Of a DNA stretch of 64,000 bases, positions 38,751-53,479 are shown piece after piece. The stretch comes from Octopus vulgaris (taxonomy: Eukaryota). How positions within the stretch are numbered: the stretch's first letter is position 1; each line of letters opens with the position of its first letter. The notes under the pieces are model-generated. The model ran no database searches and had not been told where the DNA came from. It saw only the letters and a list, made by a program, of their open reading frames with translations. The stretch is taken from the NCBI GenBank assembly GCA_951406725.2, contig OX597816.1:103230001-103294000 (forward strand), given 5' to 3'. The position numbers and the translations under genes are program-made.

Positions 38751-39599
38751 TATATGTGTGTGTGTGTGTGGGGGGGGTGTATGTGTAACGGGCTTCCTTT
38801 CACTCACAAGGCATTGGTCGACCAAGAGCAATAGTTGAAGACACTTGCCCAAGGTGCCACGCAGTAGGACTGAATCCGAAACCACGTTGTTGTAAAGCAA
38901 TTTTCTTAACCACATTGCTATGCCTGCACATTACATTTCCAAGCCAGAAGCGATTGGAATAAAAAAACAAAGAAAAAAAGAGAATGCAAGAAATGGACCT
39001 TCCTGAGCTAAAAAAAATTCATGTTTGTTGTTGGATTATCCCAAATTACTCTACATAATTACTATCTCATTCTGGATAATCTTGCTTCTGTTTTTTTCTT
39101 TCATTTTGGTTCCTATGTTGTTCCATACTCCCTGTGTTATCTATTAATGTGTCTTTTTTGTTGTTGTTGTTCACACTGTTTTACTCACTGGAAATTTCTC
39201 ATTAAACTGTTTGTTTTTTCGTTTTTGCTTTTTGTTTTCTTGTGCCCGTTACCTTTGTTAAGGTCAACCCATAACGTTTTAGGCCAATGTGATTGGTCGA
39301 TCCTAGATCTGTGGGGTTCATTCATTGGTCCCGATTGAAAATTCTCCTGTTTCAAGAGGACGCTCCATTCACGTATTCACATATTTTGCGTACTATGTAT
39401 ACTCTGGTTTTTTTTTTTTTTATCATCTTTCCGTTCCTCTTCTTTTCTTACCGTCATCTATTTTTATGTTAGCCCACATACATTTTGTGAATTGTCCTTG
39501 TGAGGTCTCTTTCAGCATTTCCTGTGACAAATCACTATTATTATCATTAATATACTCTCAGCTTTATTTTACTGGCTATGATGGAAAGTGTCAACCGTC

Positions 39600-40312
39600 T
39601 ACCTTCAGCAGACTGAGGTGACGCTTCATTACTGATCAGGCGTCAAGGACCCTGCGGAGAACTCTTGCAGTTCTAAGCCATGGTGATTTTTGAAGGTGTT
39701 CTATCTTTACATTTGTCCCAATCTTTTTGAACTATGTTGGTAATAGAGTGCTAATACTTCCAAGCGTGCCAATTACTATTGATATCATGTCCACTCTCTT
39801 CATTGTTCACTTCAACTCATCATAGTTGTTCACGTTTTTGCCTTCTTTCTCTCCGCTCCTGTTGTTAACAGGATGTGCTATGTTAATTATCAGTCATGCT
39901 TTTACTTTTCTGTTAACCACAACAATGTCAGGTTTCCGATGTTTAATCAGATGGTCCCACTCAATCATTGCATTCCACAGGATTTTTGCAGTCCTCATTC
40001 TCAGGAACTTCCCCTGGGATTTGGTTATACTATGTCATTGATCTTTCTAGGCCATAATTTTCACTAAGTTATCAATGGATCATTCTTGCCACATTATCAT
40101 GTCGCTATTTCTATTCACGTTGTACCAGTTTCGAGCATTCACTAACAATGTATCACACTGTTTCACCCCTCGTACCACACATTTTGCATTTGTCACTCTC
40201 AGCTGTTTTATCAATTCTGCACTTCACATTGTTTGTCCTCAGTGTTTGTTGCTGTGTTGTGCGTATAAATGCTTCTGTTTCTATATTCAATTCACTTTTC
40301 CGCATCCATGAT
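39600..40312 (-). mobile_element. R4/Dong-clade non-LTR retrotransposon 3' fragment (zinc knuckle and restriction-like endonuclease)
   Basis: ETEAFI...CKMCGTRGETV*YIVSEC...RHDNVARMIH, then KILWNAMIEWDHLIKHRKPDIVVV...IVIGTLG. Confidence 0.88.
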
Positions 40313-40330
40313 CACCGGACTATCATCATC

Positions 40331-40384
<54 letters not shown>

Positions 40385-40390
40385 GTTATT

Positions 40391-40776
40391 AGGCGGCGAG
40401 CTGGCAGAATCGTTAGCATGCTAAGTAAAATGCTTAACGGTATTTCGTCTGCGTTACGTTGTGAGTTCAAATTCCGCCGAGGTCGACTTTGCCTTTCATC
40501 CTTTCGAGGTCGATAAATTAAGTACCAGTAACGCACTGGGGTCGATGTAATCGACTTAATACCTATGTCTGTCCTTGTTTGTCCCCTCTGTGTTTAGCCC
40601 CTTGTGGGTAATAAAGAAATAGGTATTTCGTTTGTTGCTACGTTCTGAGTTCATATTCAGTCGAGGTCGACTTTACCTTTCATCCTTTCGGGGTCGATAA
40701 ATTAAGTACCAGTTGCGTGCTGGGGTCGATGTAATCGACTCATCCTCTCCCCGAAAATTGCTGCCGTGGAGGCAAA

Positions 40777-40778
<2 letters not shown>
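40391..40778 (+). mobile_element. dimeric family A SINE (head-body-tail1-body-tail2)
   Basis: Internal junction AAAGAAATA|GGTATTTCG at ~40613-40630. Further older monomers at 40866-41070 and 41095-41305. Confidence 0.9.
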
Positions 40779-40851
<73 letters not shown>

Positions 40852-41309
40852 ATCATTTTTAAGTTAGGCGGCGAGCTGGTAAAATCGATAAGATGCCGGA
40901 CACAATGCTTCGCATCATTTCGTCCGGTTTTATGATCTGAGTTCAAATTCCGCTGGGATCCACTGTGCCTTTCATCTTTGTGGTGTCAATAAAATAAGTA
41001 CCAGTTCAGCAATGTATTCGACTAGACCCTCACTACAAAATTTCAGGCTTTGTGCCTGGAGTAGAAATGCTTATTTTTATTATTAAATTATTGACGTAGC
41101 AAGTTTAAAGAATCGTTAGCGTGTCGGACAAAATACTTAACGGCATTTCTTTCGGCTCTTTACATTTTAAGTGGAAATACCACCGAAGTTAATTTTGCCT
41201 TTCCGGGTCGATAAAATAAAGTACCGTCAAGCACTGGGGGTGGGCGGTTAATGTAATCGATTTACCCTCTTTCTTCAAAATTGCTGTCTTTGTATCAAAA
41301 TTAGAAAGA

Positions 41310-41350
<41 letters not shown>

Positions 41351-41367
41351 CCATCACCATCATCATT

Positions 41368-41428
<61 letters not shown>

Positions 41429-41468
41429 CCATCACCATCATCATCATCATCATCGTCATCATCATCAA

Positions 41469-41522
<54 letters not shown>

Positions 41523-41572
41523 TACCATCACCATCACCATCATAATCATCATCATCATCATCGTCGTCGTCG

Positions 41573-41624
<52 letters not shown>

Positions 41625-41685
41625 TACCATCACCATCACCATCATAATCATCATCATCATCATCGTCGTCGTCGTCATCATCATC

Positions 41686-41717
<32 letters not shown>

Positions 41718-41720
41718 CAT
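41310..41720. repeat. long (CAT)n tract with an internal ~102-bp duplication
   Basis: Variant block ATTACCATCACCATCACCATCATAATC...CGTCGTCGTCGT occurs at 41521 and 41623. Confidence 0.9.
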
Positions 41721-41723
41721 TTT

Positions 41724-41883
41724 CATGGCTGTGTGGTAAGAAGCTCGTTTCTCAACCACATAGTTCCGGGTTTATTCCTGCTGCATGGCCCTTTGAGCAA
41801 ATGTCTTCTAGTATGGCCTCGGGCCGACCAAAGCTTTATGAGTGAATTTGGTTGACGGAAACTGAAAGAAGCACATCGAATAC

Positions 41884-41918
<35 letters not shown>

Positions 41919-42257
41919 CACGCACACACACACACACATATATATATGTATCTATATATATATGTATGTATTATACACACACATATATTTATGTGTGTGT
42001 GTATGTATGTATATATACTAATATATATAATACATTATATATATTTGTGTCTTTCTGCTTGTTCCCCACCACCATTGCTTGACAATCGATGTTCTTGGTG
42101 TGTTTATGTCCCCGTAACTGAGCGTTTCGACGAAAGGGTCCGATAGAATAAGTGCCAGCCTTACAAAGAATATGTCCTTGGGAGGTCAATTTCTTCGACT
42201 AAAAGGCGGTACTCCAGCATGGCCGCAGTCAGATGACTGAAACAAGTAAAAGGAAAC
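41724..42257 (+). mobile_element. complete family B SINE: tRNA-like head, internal (CA)n/(TA)n spacer, tail
   Basis: Head TGGCTGTGTGGTAAGAAGC..., microsatellite 41880-42045, tail ending CAGCATGGCCGCAGTC...GACTGAAACAAGTAAAAG. Confidence 0.8.
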
Positions 42258-42764
42258 ATTATCATCATCGTCATCGTCGTCATCGTGGTGATGGTCGTCG
42301 TTGTCGTCGTGGTGATCATCAACGTTCCGTTTTACTGTTTCAGTTAGCTCTGCTGCTCTCTCATAAACAACAATGACATACATGTACATCATACTAGCAA
42401 CATCAACGATGATACCAACGGCAATAATAGTAACCACATTGAATCAATGAAAGAGAGGTACTATATGGTCAATAAAAATAGAAACCAAATACTGTCATAT
42501 CATAAACTATCGTTTAAGTAAAAATAAATCAATTCAAAAACAAATAAATAAAAAGAAAGCAAAAAGACGTGTTGAACAGTGTAATCCTACCAGATGAACA
42601 AAATCTCAGCATGATCGTGTTTGGAATTTTGCGGAATCAGGGAGGCCATGGGCTAAAAGGACACCATTAAAAACAACGATTCCTATAGTAACAACAACCA
42701 CATTAAAATATAGTAAGAACCGTTTAAGTAAAAATAATAGTATTTGATTTAGGCACAAATCTAA

Positions 42765-42979
42765 TCGAACTGGCAGAATCGTTAGCACGTCAGGCGAAAT
42801 GCTTAGCGGTATTTCGGCTGCTGTTACGTTCTGAGTTCAAATTCCGCCGAAGTCGACTTCGCCTTTCATCCTTTCGGGGTCGATTAAATAAGTACCAGTT
42901 ACGTACTGGGGTCGATGTAATCGACTTAATCCCTTGTTTGTCCCCTCTATGTTTAGCCCCTGTGGGCAATAAAGAAATA
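42765..42979 (+). mobile_element. family A SINE
   Basis: Consensus match ending GTGGGCAATAAAGAAATA. Confidence 0.9.
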
Positions 42980-43125
42980 AAATTTTGAGTGGAGCTGGTG
43001 TTAGGTAATGCCGATGACTTCAATATTTGACTGGTACTTCATTGACCACGGAGGGATGAAAGGCAAAGTTGACACATGTGGGATTTGAACTCAGAACGTA
43101 AAGAGTCTGAAGAAATACCTTATAT

Positions 43126-43268
43126 CAGTGGTTCCCAACCTGTGGTCTGCGGACCCCTGGTGGTCCGTAAACATGTTAAGCTGACAGACTTTTCAATATC
43201 CTGAGGTCCGTGGGAAAGCTCATTTAAATAAAAGGAGTCCTTGGTAGTGAAAAGGTTGGGAACCACTG
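43126..43268. mobile_element. hAT (Charlie-like) MITE, 143 bp
   Basis: Perfect 16-bp TIRs CAGTGGTTCCCAACCT / AGGTTGGGAACCACTG; flanking 8-mers CCTTATAT and CCCTAAAC could be a decayed TSD. Confidence 0.85.
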
Positions 43269-43591
43269 CCCTAAACCATTATTATTATTACTATTATTAT
43301 TTTTATCATTCAGTAGTTTTATTTTTATAGCGTGCTTTCACTTCACTACCGAGCGCAGCTCTGTGTGCCTTAGGTATGTGCTGTGATTTGTTGTGATGCT
43401 CTGATGGTTATTGTATGGGAAGTGTTCTGCGTAGGATGTGTGTATTATGTTTTTTCCTTCTTTCTTCAAATTTTCTTCCGTTTCTCGCCGAGTGTTTTCC
43501 ATACACCTAGGGCAGAGAAGGGCATTGTATGCATTCCCAGATTAAACGCGCAAATTCACAGATAGAATATGTATTTAAAAATAAATAAATA

Positions 43592-43662
<71 letters not shown>

Positions 43663-43739
43663 AATATTTCTCTTTTCGATTTCATATAATTCTGGTGTTC
43701 TAAATAACCACTGACACACTAACAGTAACAGCAATAATA

Positions 43740-44772
43740 ATGGTTTCAAATTTTGGTACAAGGCCAACAATTTTGCGGTAGGGGGTTAGTCGATTACACC
43801 CGTCCCAGTGTTCAACTGGCACTTATTTCATCGACCCCACCTCCTCAAAAGGATGAAAGGCAAAGACGATTGACCTCGGCGGAATTTGAACTCAGAACGT
43901 AAGGACGGACGAAATGCCGCGAAGCATTTTGCCCAACAGCAATAACAACAACAGCAACAACAACAATAATAATCCTTTCTGTTATAGGCACAAGGCTTGA
44001 AATATGAGAGGAGGGAATTAGTCGATCACATCGACCCCAGTGATTCACTAGTACTTAATTTATGGACCCCGAAAGAATGGAAGGCAAAGTCAACCTCGGC
44101 GGAATTTGAACTCAGAACGTAAGGATGGGTGAAATACCGCTAAGCATTTCGCTCGGCATGCTAAGGTTTCTTATTTCTTTATTGCCCACAAGGGGCTAAA
44201 CATAGAGGGGACAAACAAGGACAGACAAAGGGATTAAGTCGATTACATCGACCCCAGTGCGTAACTGGTACTTAATTTATCGACCCCGAAAAGATGAAAG
44301 GCAAAGTCAGCCTCGGTAGAATTTGAACTCAGAACATAAAGAAAGACGAAATACCTATTTCTTTACTACGCACAAGGGGCTAAACACACAGAGGGCAAAC
44401 AAGGACAGACAAACGGATTAAGTCGATTACATCGACCCCAGTGCGTAACTGGTACTTATTTAATCGACCCCGAAAGGATGAAAGGCAAAGTCGACCTCGG
44501 CGGATTTTGAACTCAGAACGTAGCAGTAGACGAAATACCTATTTCTTTACTATCCACAAGGGGCTAAACACACAGAGGGCAAACAAGGACAGACAAACGG
44601 ATTAAGTCGATTATATCGAATTCAGTGCGTAACTGGTACTTTTTTAATCGACCCCGAAAGGATGAAAGGCAAAGTCGACCTCGGCGGAATTTGAACTCAG
44701 AACGTAACGGCAGACGAAATACGGCTAAGCATTTCGGCCGGCGTGCTTAACCTTTCTGCCTACTCGCCGCCT
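43740..44772 (-). mobile_element. cluster of family A SINEs: older monomers (43740-43936, 43972-44169) and a trimer (44170-44772)
   Basis: Three ~180-bp body-tail units, only the outermost with a full head; identical GAAATACC|TATTTCTTT junctions near 44355 and 44539. Confidence 0.92.
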
Positions 44773-44773
44773 T

Positions 44774-44807
<34 letters not shown>

Positions 44808-46898
44808 GTATTTACTACATAAAGCATAACAATAATGAAATAATCACATAAATGAGAACAATATAAACAAGGGACGGCAACGACAACAGCAGCAGCAGCA
44901 GTAGCAGCAACAACGACAACAACAACAATAAAAACAGCATCTAACAACAAACCAACAAAACCTACATCAACCGACAGAAAAATATCAACAGTGACATCTA
45001 GAACAGTCACAACCACATTGACAGTAAGAACCGAGGACACCTGTGTGTGGGTCTGGCTTACCTGTTAAAATTAGCAGCCAAATCGCTCTTGAATCATATT
45101 TTACCGTGTTTATTAAGAACAACATACATTAAGATAATACAGTCTTACATATCGTTTAAAAATAAAATGACGGAATGGTCACGAGAGGAATGTCTCTGAT
45201 CATAGGTTTGCTTGACCAGGGCCGTCCTGTGATGGGAATAACAGTTAGAGTAATTTCTACATCAACAACACAATATTGAAAAAAAAAAAAAAAGGAAAAC
45301 AATCACGACCACAACAGTAACAAGAAGAACCATATAAACAAAGATAATAACACCAGCATCAAATAACAGGACTGTAGGTGGTCGCACGATTTTCTAGAAA
45401 TAGCAGCTAAATCTCTCTCAAATCACATCACCACCGTCTCCCGAAGAGGGTGCGTTGGAGAATGAAATCCTGTGTATCTTGTAAATAGGAAAACGACGGA
45501 GTGGTTACGGTCGGAAGGCTTTTGATCATAAGTCTGCTTGATCGGGTCTGAACCTGAAGGGTAGGGGTTCGATAATCGACGACAGCGAAAGCAACAGTAA
45601 CAAAAACAGAAACAGCGGCAACAAAACAGCGACACCTACAAGAGCGAGCGAGCGAGCGACAACAGCGACATCTATAACAACAATAAGAACATTAACCATA
45701 ACTGTAAACATAACAACCTAAACAACCACAACCACCGCTGCCGCCGCCACCACCACCACCACCACCACCACCACCACCACTACCACCAACACCACCACCA
45801 ACACCACCACCAACAACACCACCACAATAACAACGACGACGAAAACCACTATCAACATCATTATCATCAACAGCATCAACATCAAGATCAACAACAAATA
45901 ACTACAACAGGCAAGAACCGGAGCAAGCAACAGCCATTCGATACAACTGTACTAGCAGCGTAAATTTAGGCACAACACCGAAGTGTGGTGCTAATTCATT
46001 CGTTCCACTTAACTTGGCGGTTCTTCTCTCTCACACACCTTCATGCTGGTTTAGTAAGAAGGATCAACAAAACACTGTCTCGTCCATGTAAAAGCCACTG
46101 GTGGCTCTTACAATGGAAACTGAGGAATTTATGTAAGTTTATACATTTTATCTGTTGAAGAACTAAATAACTCAGAACAGTATCCGATTCTGAAACCTTT
46201 ATATAATAAATAAAAATAACCCGACCAAATTCTCTTGGATAGATAGATCTCTGTGGATGGGTAGAGAGAATCTCTTAATTGACTGACCTGTCAGGTAAGT
46301 GATGAAAACGTTTTTTTTTTTTCGAAATGTAAACGTCGTTAATTGCATGATCATTATCACCGTAAAGATAAATAAAATATATTTATTTAGATACACATGT
46401 ATATGTATCCATATCTGTATCAGTATATGTAAAACTATATGTACTTATCTACCTATCTGTCTATCTGTCTCTGTTTGCCTGTCTCTCTCTCTCCCTTTCT
46501 CTCTCTCTCTACACACACACGCACATACACACATACACACATATATATATATACATGTATGCATACACACGCGCGCACAGTTTAAATTAACACAAGCAAA
46601 CACGCACGTACGTAGCGACATACAGAAATACACACATATGCACACACACAAACGTGTGTATGGCTGTATGCAAATATTTATATACAGAGAGCACTTTCAT
46701 CACAACACAACACCTTCAGTGATACATAACAAATTTAATGTCTATTAGTTTTAAATATAAACATCATTTAAAATACATTAATGCCTTCCTACAAAAACAA
46801 ATTTAAGATAGGAAAAGAACAAATCGCCTGACGAGTAATTATAAACACACACACATAGACACGCACACATAGGCACACACATACACATATGCATCCAC

Positions 46899-47270
<372 letters not shown>

Positions 47271-47440
47271 TCTGTCTCTCCATCCTTTATGTATGTAACA
47301 TGCCTCAAGTATATTTGTTAGTATGTATATATGTATACACACAAACAAATACATATGCATGCATGTCTTATGTCTGTGTGTGTACCTTTGTTTATATATG
47401 TATATCTCCCTATCTATAGATATATTGCATGTATGTGTGC

Positions 47441-47496
<56 letters not shown>

Positions 47497-47619
47497 TTTA
47501 ATATACAAACTCATTTTGGAAATGATCAGAATTTTACACACACGTGATATCTGACTAGACGTCTATCTATTTGTGTTCTTGAGACTATGTTTAAAAATAT
47601 TCTATTTTCTATTTCATAC

Positions 47620-47668
<49 letters not shown>

Positions 47669-47903
47669 CAGAGTGGGAAGTGAGAGAAAGAGAGGGAGAG
47701 GGAGAGGGGGAGAGAGGGTTGTGCTGTTATTTATTAAATATTTATTAAAATATCTGTCTGTAAATTGGCATCTATATACATACATGCATACATAAATACA
47801 TGGTTATTTAAAAATGTACACAGATTGTATATGTATGTATCAGTTCTATTTATAACTAGTGACATTCATGGGTATACAAAACACACACTCATCTATCTAT
47901 CTG

Positions 47904-47966
<63 letters not shown>

Positions 47967-47979
47967 GTCTATATATCTA

Positions 47980-48010
<31 letters not shown>

Positions 48011-48110
48011 CTCTGTCTTTCTGTGTGCATACATATACATACATACACATACTTACCCACAAGCACGCACACATATATACATATGTATATATTTATACAT
48101 ACATATACAT

Positions 48111-48181
<71 letters not shown>

Positions 48182-48226
48182 TATAAATATATATATACAC
48201 ACACATATATGTATTTGCATAAACAT

Positions 48227-48271
<45 letters not shown>

Positions 48272-48510
48272 TATCAAAGAACATGTCTGTATTAATGTGT
48301 GTGTGTGTATATGTATGAATGTATGTATATACATGTTAGCAGACAAATTAATTGACAGACACAAAGAAAGGAAGAAAGAAACAAAGAAAGAAAGAAAGAA
48401 AGCAAGAAGGAAAGAAAGATAGAGAAATGTTTCGTATAACCGTGAATGTCACTAGTTACAAATACATGTGTGTGTGTGTAACAAGTGACATTCATGCTTT
48501 TACCAAACAC

Positions 48511-48575
<65 letters not shown>

Positions 48576-48757
48576 CATCTATATTTTTTTCTTTCTTTCT
48601 GTCTATCAATTAACTCGTTTACATACATACACATACATATTTACATACGCACACACGCGCATACATTAATATACACATGTGTGTATATGTAAATACATAC
48701 ATGTGTATATATGTATGTGTATATGTATATATACACATACATACACACGCACACACA

Positions 48758-48814
<57 letters not shown>

Positions 48815-49026
48815 GCATACATATACATATGCAACATCATACAAAATTGCTTGAACGTATGTATATTCTCTTTGTGTTTGACGAGAGACTCTAGTATCGC
48901 TACTGTTACTCACATACTCCCTCAGACTGCAGACACGCATACATATGCACATGCAGACTACTGCCATTCGCGAAAGCACGCGTACACTTTTACATACATA
49001 CATATATACATACATACATACATACA

Positions 49027-49060
<34 letters not shown>

Positions 49061-49074
49061 CATACATACATACC

Positions 49075-49152
<78 letters not shown>

Positions 49153-49194
49153 TATATATACATGTACATATAATTTTTCACCCTTATTATTTAA

Positions 49195-49281
<87 letters not shown>

Positions 49282-49583
49282 AGTGTGTGTGTGTATACAT
49301 CCGTGTATGTGTATGTGGGTGTTCGTGTGTGTGTGTGTGTGTGTAAGTGTTGTGTGTGTATATGTGTCTATTGTGTAATGCATAATGTATTTCATATAAT
49401 GATCCACTATGCAAAGAGCACTTATAAAATATGCTTGTCAACAGGCACACACACGCACGCACGCACACACGCACACGCGCGCACACACGCAAACATACAT
49501 ACATGCGCGCGCACGCGCACAGGCATTTTAAGTTATGAACGTTTAAGTTTCAAATCTAGATGCCAAGTCGAATTTATATTAGG

Positions 49584-49659
49584 TATTAGGTATTGGTGTA
49601 CAAGGCATATTAGGTATTGGTGTACAAGGCATATTAGGTATTGGTGTACAAGGCATATT
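49584..49659. repeat. 24-bp minisatellite, three perfect copies
   Basis: TATTAGGTATTGGTGTACAAGGCA x3. Confidence 0.95.
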
Positions 49660-50879
49660 CAGAATTTGTAAGGCATTATTAATATGAAAATTCTAATGTT
49701 AATCACGTGTGAAATTGTGAAATTTTGAATAGACAATAACTGAACTAGTAAACTGAAGCGATAGCTTCGACCTGGTTAGAAATAGCAACCAAATCTCTCA
49801 CAAACTACACCTTGCCGTCAGAAAACCAAAATATTACACTAGATAATGGATCTCTCGGTAGACTATTCTTGTTGGAAAAGTAAAGAAAAAAACTATAAAA
49901 GTGTGGCTAGCACACTTTTGAATAGTGTACAAGTATTCTCAATAAGATGATGGGGTGGGCATTGTGGTGGTCGGGATGCAAGCTAAATAACAACTGTAGC
50001 AACACAAGATAACTGCAGTTTCTTCCACAAACGTAAGATTCTCATTACAAAATCGATTAAGATTCGCAATTTGAATGATTGGTGTTGTATATAATCTGCA
50101 TATAATGTTTTACTCATATCGAGGTCGGTCGAAGCAGTTGACAGTTCTCATTTGCAATGCTTTCGTTCATAGCTGTATGGGATTAAAGAACTGTCTTCAG
50201 TTTGAGAAAGTACCTCCAGCCAACGTCTTTAATCTACCTCTTTCTGTAACTGATATTTGAGCGATGGAAAAATACGTGGAAGATTCTCAGATTAACTGTA
50301 TCCTTTCATCAGTACTTGACTTAATCCGTCGCCCGGTTTAACACCACAACCTTGTCCTTTTGATATTCCTTTAGTGCACCTTTAGTGAAATCCACACTGT
50401 TACCAGTATCCGGACCAAATCCATGGGGTCTGAAAATCAATCCTTGGCTATTCCTCTAGCAGAATTGTGGGGCATGCAAAGCACTGTAGGCGCTGCTCAT
50501 CTAACTCAGCAAATATGTATGTATGAACGCATAATATATATGTACGTAAATATGTACTATGTATGTATGTATGTATGTATGTATGTATGTATGTATGTAT
50601 GTATGTATGTATGTATGTATGTATGAATGCATATATGTGTGTGCGCGCGAGTGCCTGTGTGTGTATGTATGTATGTATATATGTATATATGTATGTATGA
50701 ATGTTTGTATGTATATATGTGCATGTTATTATTTAGCTTCATTTCTTGATTCATGCCAATGAGGAAAGATCAGTTTCGAACCTAGATCCCAAGTTCCTTC
50801 ATTGGAATTTGAACAATATCAACAGGTCAGATGTGTATGTATGCGTGTGCATACGTGCAAGTATTTGAAGTTATGTATG

Positions 50880-50913
<34 letters not shown>

Positions 50914-50974
50914 TGTATGTATGTATGTATGTATGTATGTATGTATGTATTTATGTTCTATGTACGTATGAATA

Positions 50975-51290
50975 TCAATGCTGAGGAGATGGCTCGCATG
51001 ATCCAATTTGACATCATCGCTTTTCTGACAGAACCTCCATCAGAAGCAAAGGCTCAGAAAGCAATTAAGCGTCTCTCAAATGACAAGGCGCCAGGCTCTG
51101 ACTCCATTCCAGCTGAAATATACAAGGTAGGGGACTAGCCTTGGCACTGAAGCTCGTGAATCTCTTTCAGACCATGTGACAACAGAAAGTTGTCTCTCAG
51201 GAGCTCAAAAACGCTTCTATTGTCCATCCCTAAATGAGAAATGGAATAGGTAGTTCTGTAACAACGACCGATGACATCTTGTCCTGGCTT
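50975..51290 (+). mobile_element. RTE-clade LINE internal fragment
   Basis: PPSEAKAQKAIKRLSNDKAPGSDSIPAEIYKVG...QELKNASIVHP. Confidence 0.85.
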
Positions 51291-52797
51291 TGATCAGGAC
51301 ATTCCACAACACTGGCTGCTGTCAACATTTTTACTTAGCATACTCAAAACGTTGAATCCAAAAGGTGCCCGTGTGCAACTCAGGTGTCGTGATGGGTGAG
51401 GAAGAGCTTAAGACATTCAGTTCCCAATCCGCACCTTATCTTTACCTATCTAGCTGCAGTTCGTTTAAATTGTATACCTGTTCATAGTCGGTCATTCGAA
51501 GGACTATGATCTTTATATTGTTTCAAAGAAAAATATAAAACATTGGCTTTTTCTTACATGTTATACTTGGATATACATGTCTGGGAGAAAGTATTTTTTC
51601 CATTATCTTCCTGGTTATACATCAAGCTGTGTAGGCAGTCGTTGCCCTTTCGGAGTATTGTAAAGTTGAGTATCTTCGTAGGAATAATCATCTCTTCTTG
51701 AGTTGAGCCTTGTACTATTTTTTCTTAAGATCCTTGCTTTTCTGTGCTTCAAAAACATTTTCGGCCTTCATAGACAATTTGCCAACCTTCATTTCATATC
51801 GAACATTACCGTTCGGTGGAGGTAGTGCTCTTAGGAGTGCAATGATGGCAGGTACCTTGAGAACACTAGATTGTGTAGTCTGTTGTAGTCGCTGTTTCTA
51901 CTGGTCTCGTGTCTGTTCTTTCGGCTTCCCCCGGAAAAATAATTGAAGTGTTCTAACAATCAGACGTGTAGGAAATAGATTTTCTGCCCTACACCGCCAA
52001 TCTCTTGGTACTTGTTTTTGTACTATGATGGAGTACATCTCCGAGAAGGCTCTAGTTTTTAGGGTTCGTAAGAACTTTTATGTCTGCAAAGACCTAATCT
52101 GACTACATATATATAGCTCTTAGTTTCAACACATTGATCAGGGCTTCCTTCAACTGTTCTTTAAAGGGCAATAGTAGAATCCTTTGTTCGCAAGCATTGA
52201 GACATTACTTCTCTTCTTACCCATTCTTGCATAAATCTCCTAAACTTTAGACAAGGAATCATATTCTTAGCAACAAATCACTGTCATGTTGTTGTTTTTG
52301 TTTCTCCACTCTCAGTAATATTTATTACTTCCCTTGGGCTTGTAACACTAGCGAAAGATTTGTTAATGTGTTTGTTTGTGTCGCGTAAACAAATATTTTT
52401 ATTTATTACAATTGTGTTATTTTCTCTTTTTATAAAATATATGCGTCTACCAGTTTAATTAGTTATTTTTTCTGTTTGTACTCAGTATTTTAAGTCCAAA
52501 TTTAGCTATCTTGCGGGAATTTCCTGCTGTTCAACTATAAGAAGCCACGTTGAAAAGATATGTAAACACATGAAATTAAAATTATATGGCTAAAAATAGA
52601 AATTTTCCGCCCCAGGTATTGAAGACAAACTCCCATGCATTCATAATGTTATCCGTTTGAAAATAATCCCAAAAAACAAAAACCTTTGATTCAGTGAACG
52701 TGGCATAATATCTAATTCTGTTGAAGCTTTCAAAAAATACGTTCGTTGAGAAAAAAAAGGAGAAAAACTTAAATAGTAACAACGACAGCAACAATTT

Positions 52798-52835
<38 letters not shown>

Positions 52836-53082
52836 ACGACGACGACGACAACAACAACAACCAGCAGCAGCGACGATATCATTCGCTTCGAACGTAGGCA
52901 CAAGAGTAGACATTTGACAGGAGAGATTAGGTGATTAAAACGACCCCACTAATTGACTGGTACTTTATTTTATCGACTTCGGAAGGATGAAAGGGATCGG
53001 GGCTCAGAACATAAAAAAAAAACATAAATAAACACCACAAGGTATATTCCCTGCTATGCTGGTGCTTCTGCTAAAAATGATA

Positions 53083-53126
<44 letters not shown>

Positions 53127-53479
53127 CCGTCATCACGAGGAAGCTCCCATGTGGACGCTTGACTTGCAGGAAATAGCAAACAAATGTCCCTGACATCATG
53201 CTCCCTATTGCTTTAAGTATAGAACAAACCGGAGAGTATTGAGTGTGTGTGTGTGTGTGGCGTTCGTGTAAACCCATTATATACTGAGTTAAAGCATCTT
53301 TTGTGTTTTGTTCTGTTTGACGCAAATAACATGATGGGTATTTCGCCATTTATGCTATTATATAGCTTTTAAGCAACTGACCCTGAATGGGAAGATCTGC
53401 AAACAGATCTTTGACTTCTTTAGGAGAATTTGTTGCAATTGCTTCCTCCAGAGTCATTTCCCAATGATGATCCTATTTC

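Noticed and set aside
41301-41759. 152-aa poly-Met ORF
   Set aside because: (ATG)n microsatellite running out of a SINE head.
44170-44772. Regularly spaced repeats as a CRISPR array or satellite
   Set aside because: Units are SINE bodies with no unique spacers.
49584-49659. CRISPR-like 24-bp repeats
   Set aside because: No spacers, eukaryotic context; a plain minisatellite.
51380-52290. Possible decayed transposon coding sequence
   Set aside because: No motif I could assign in any frame.
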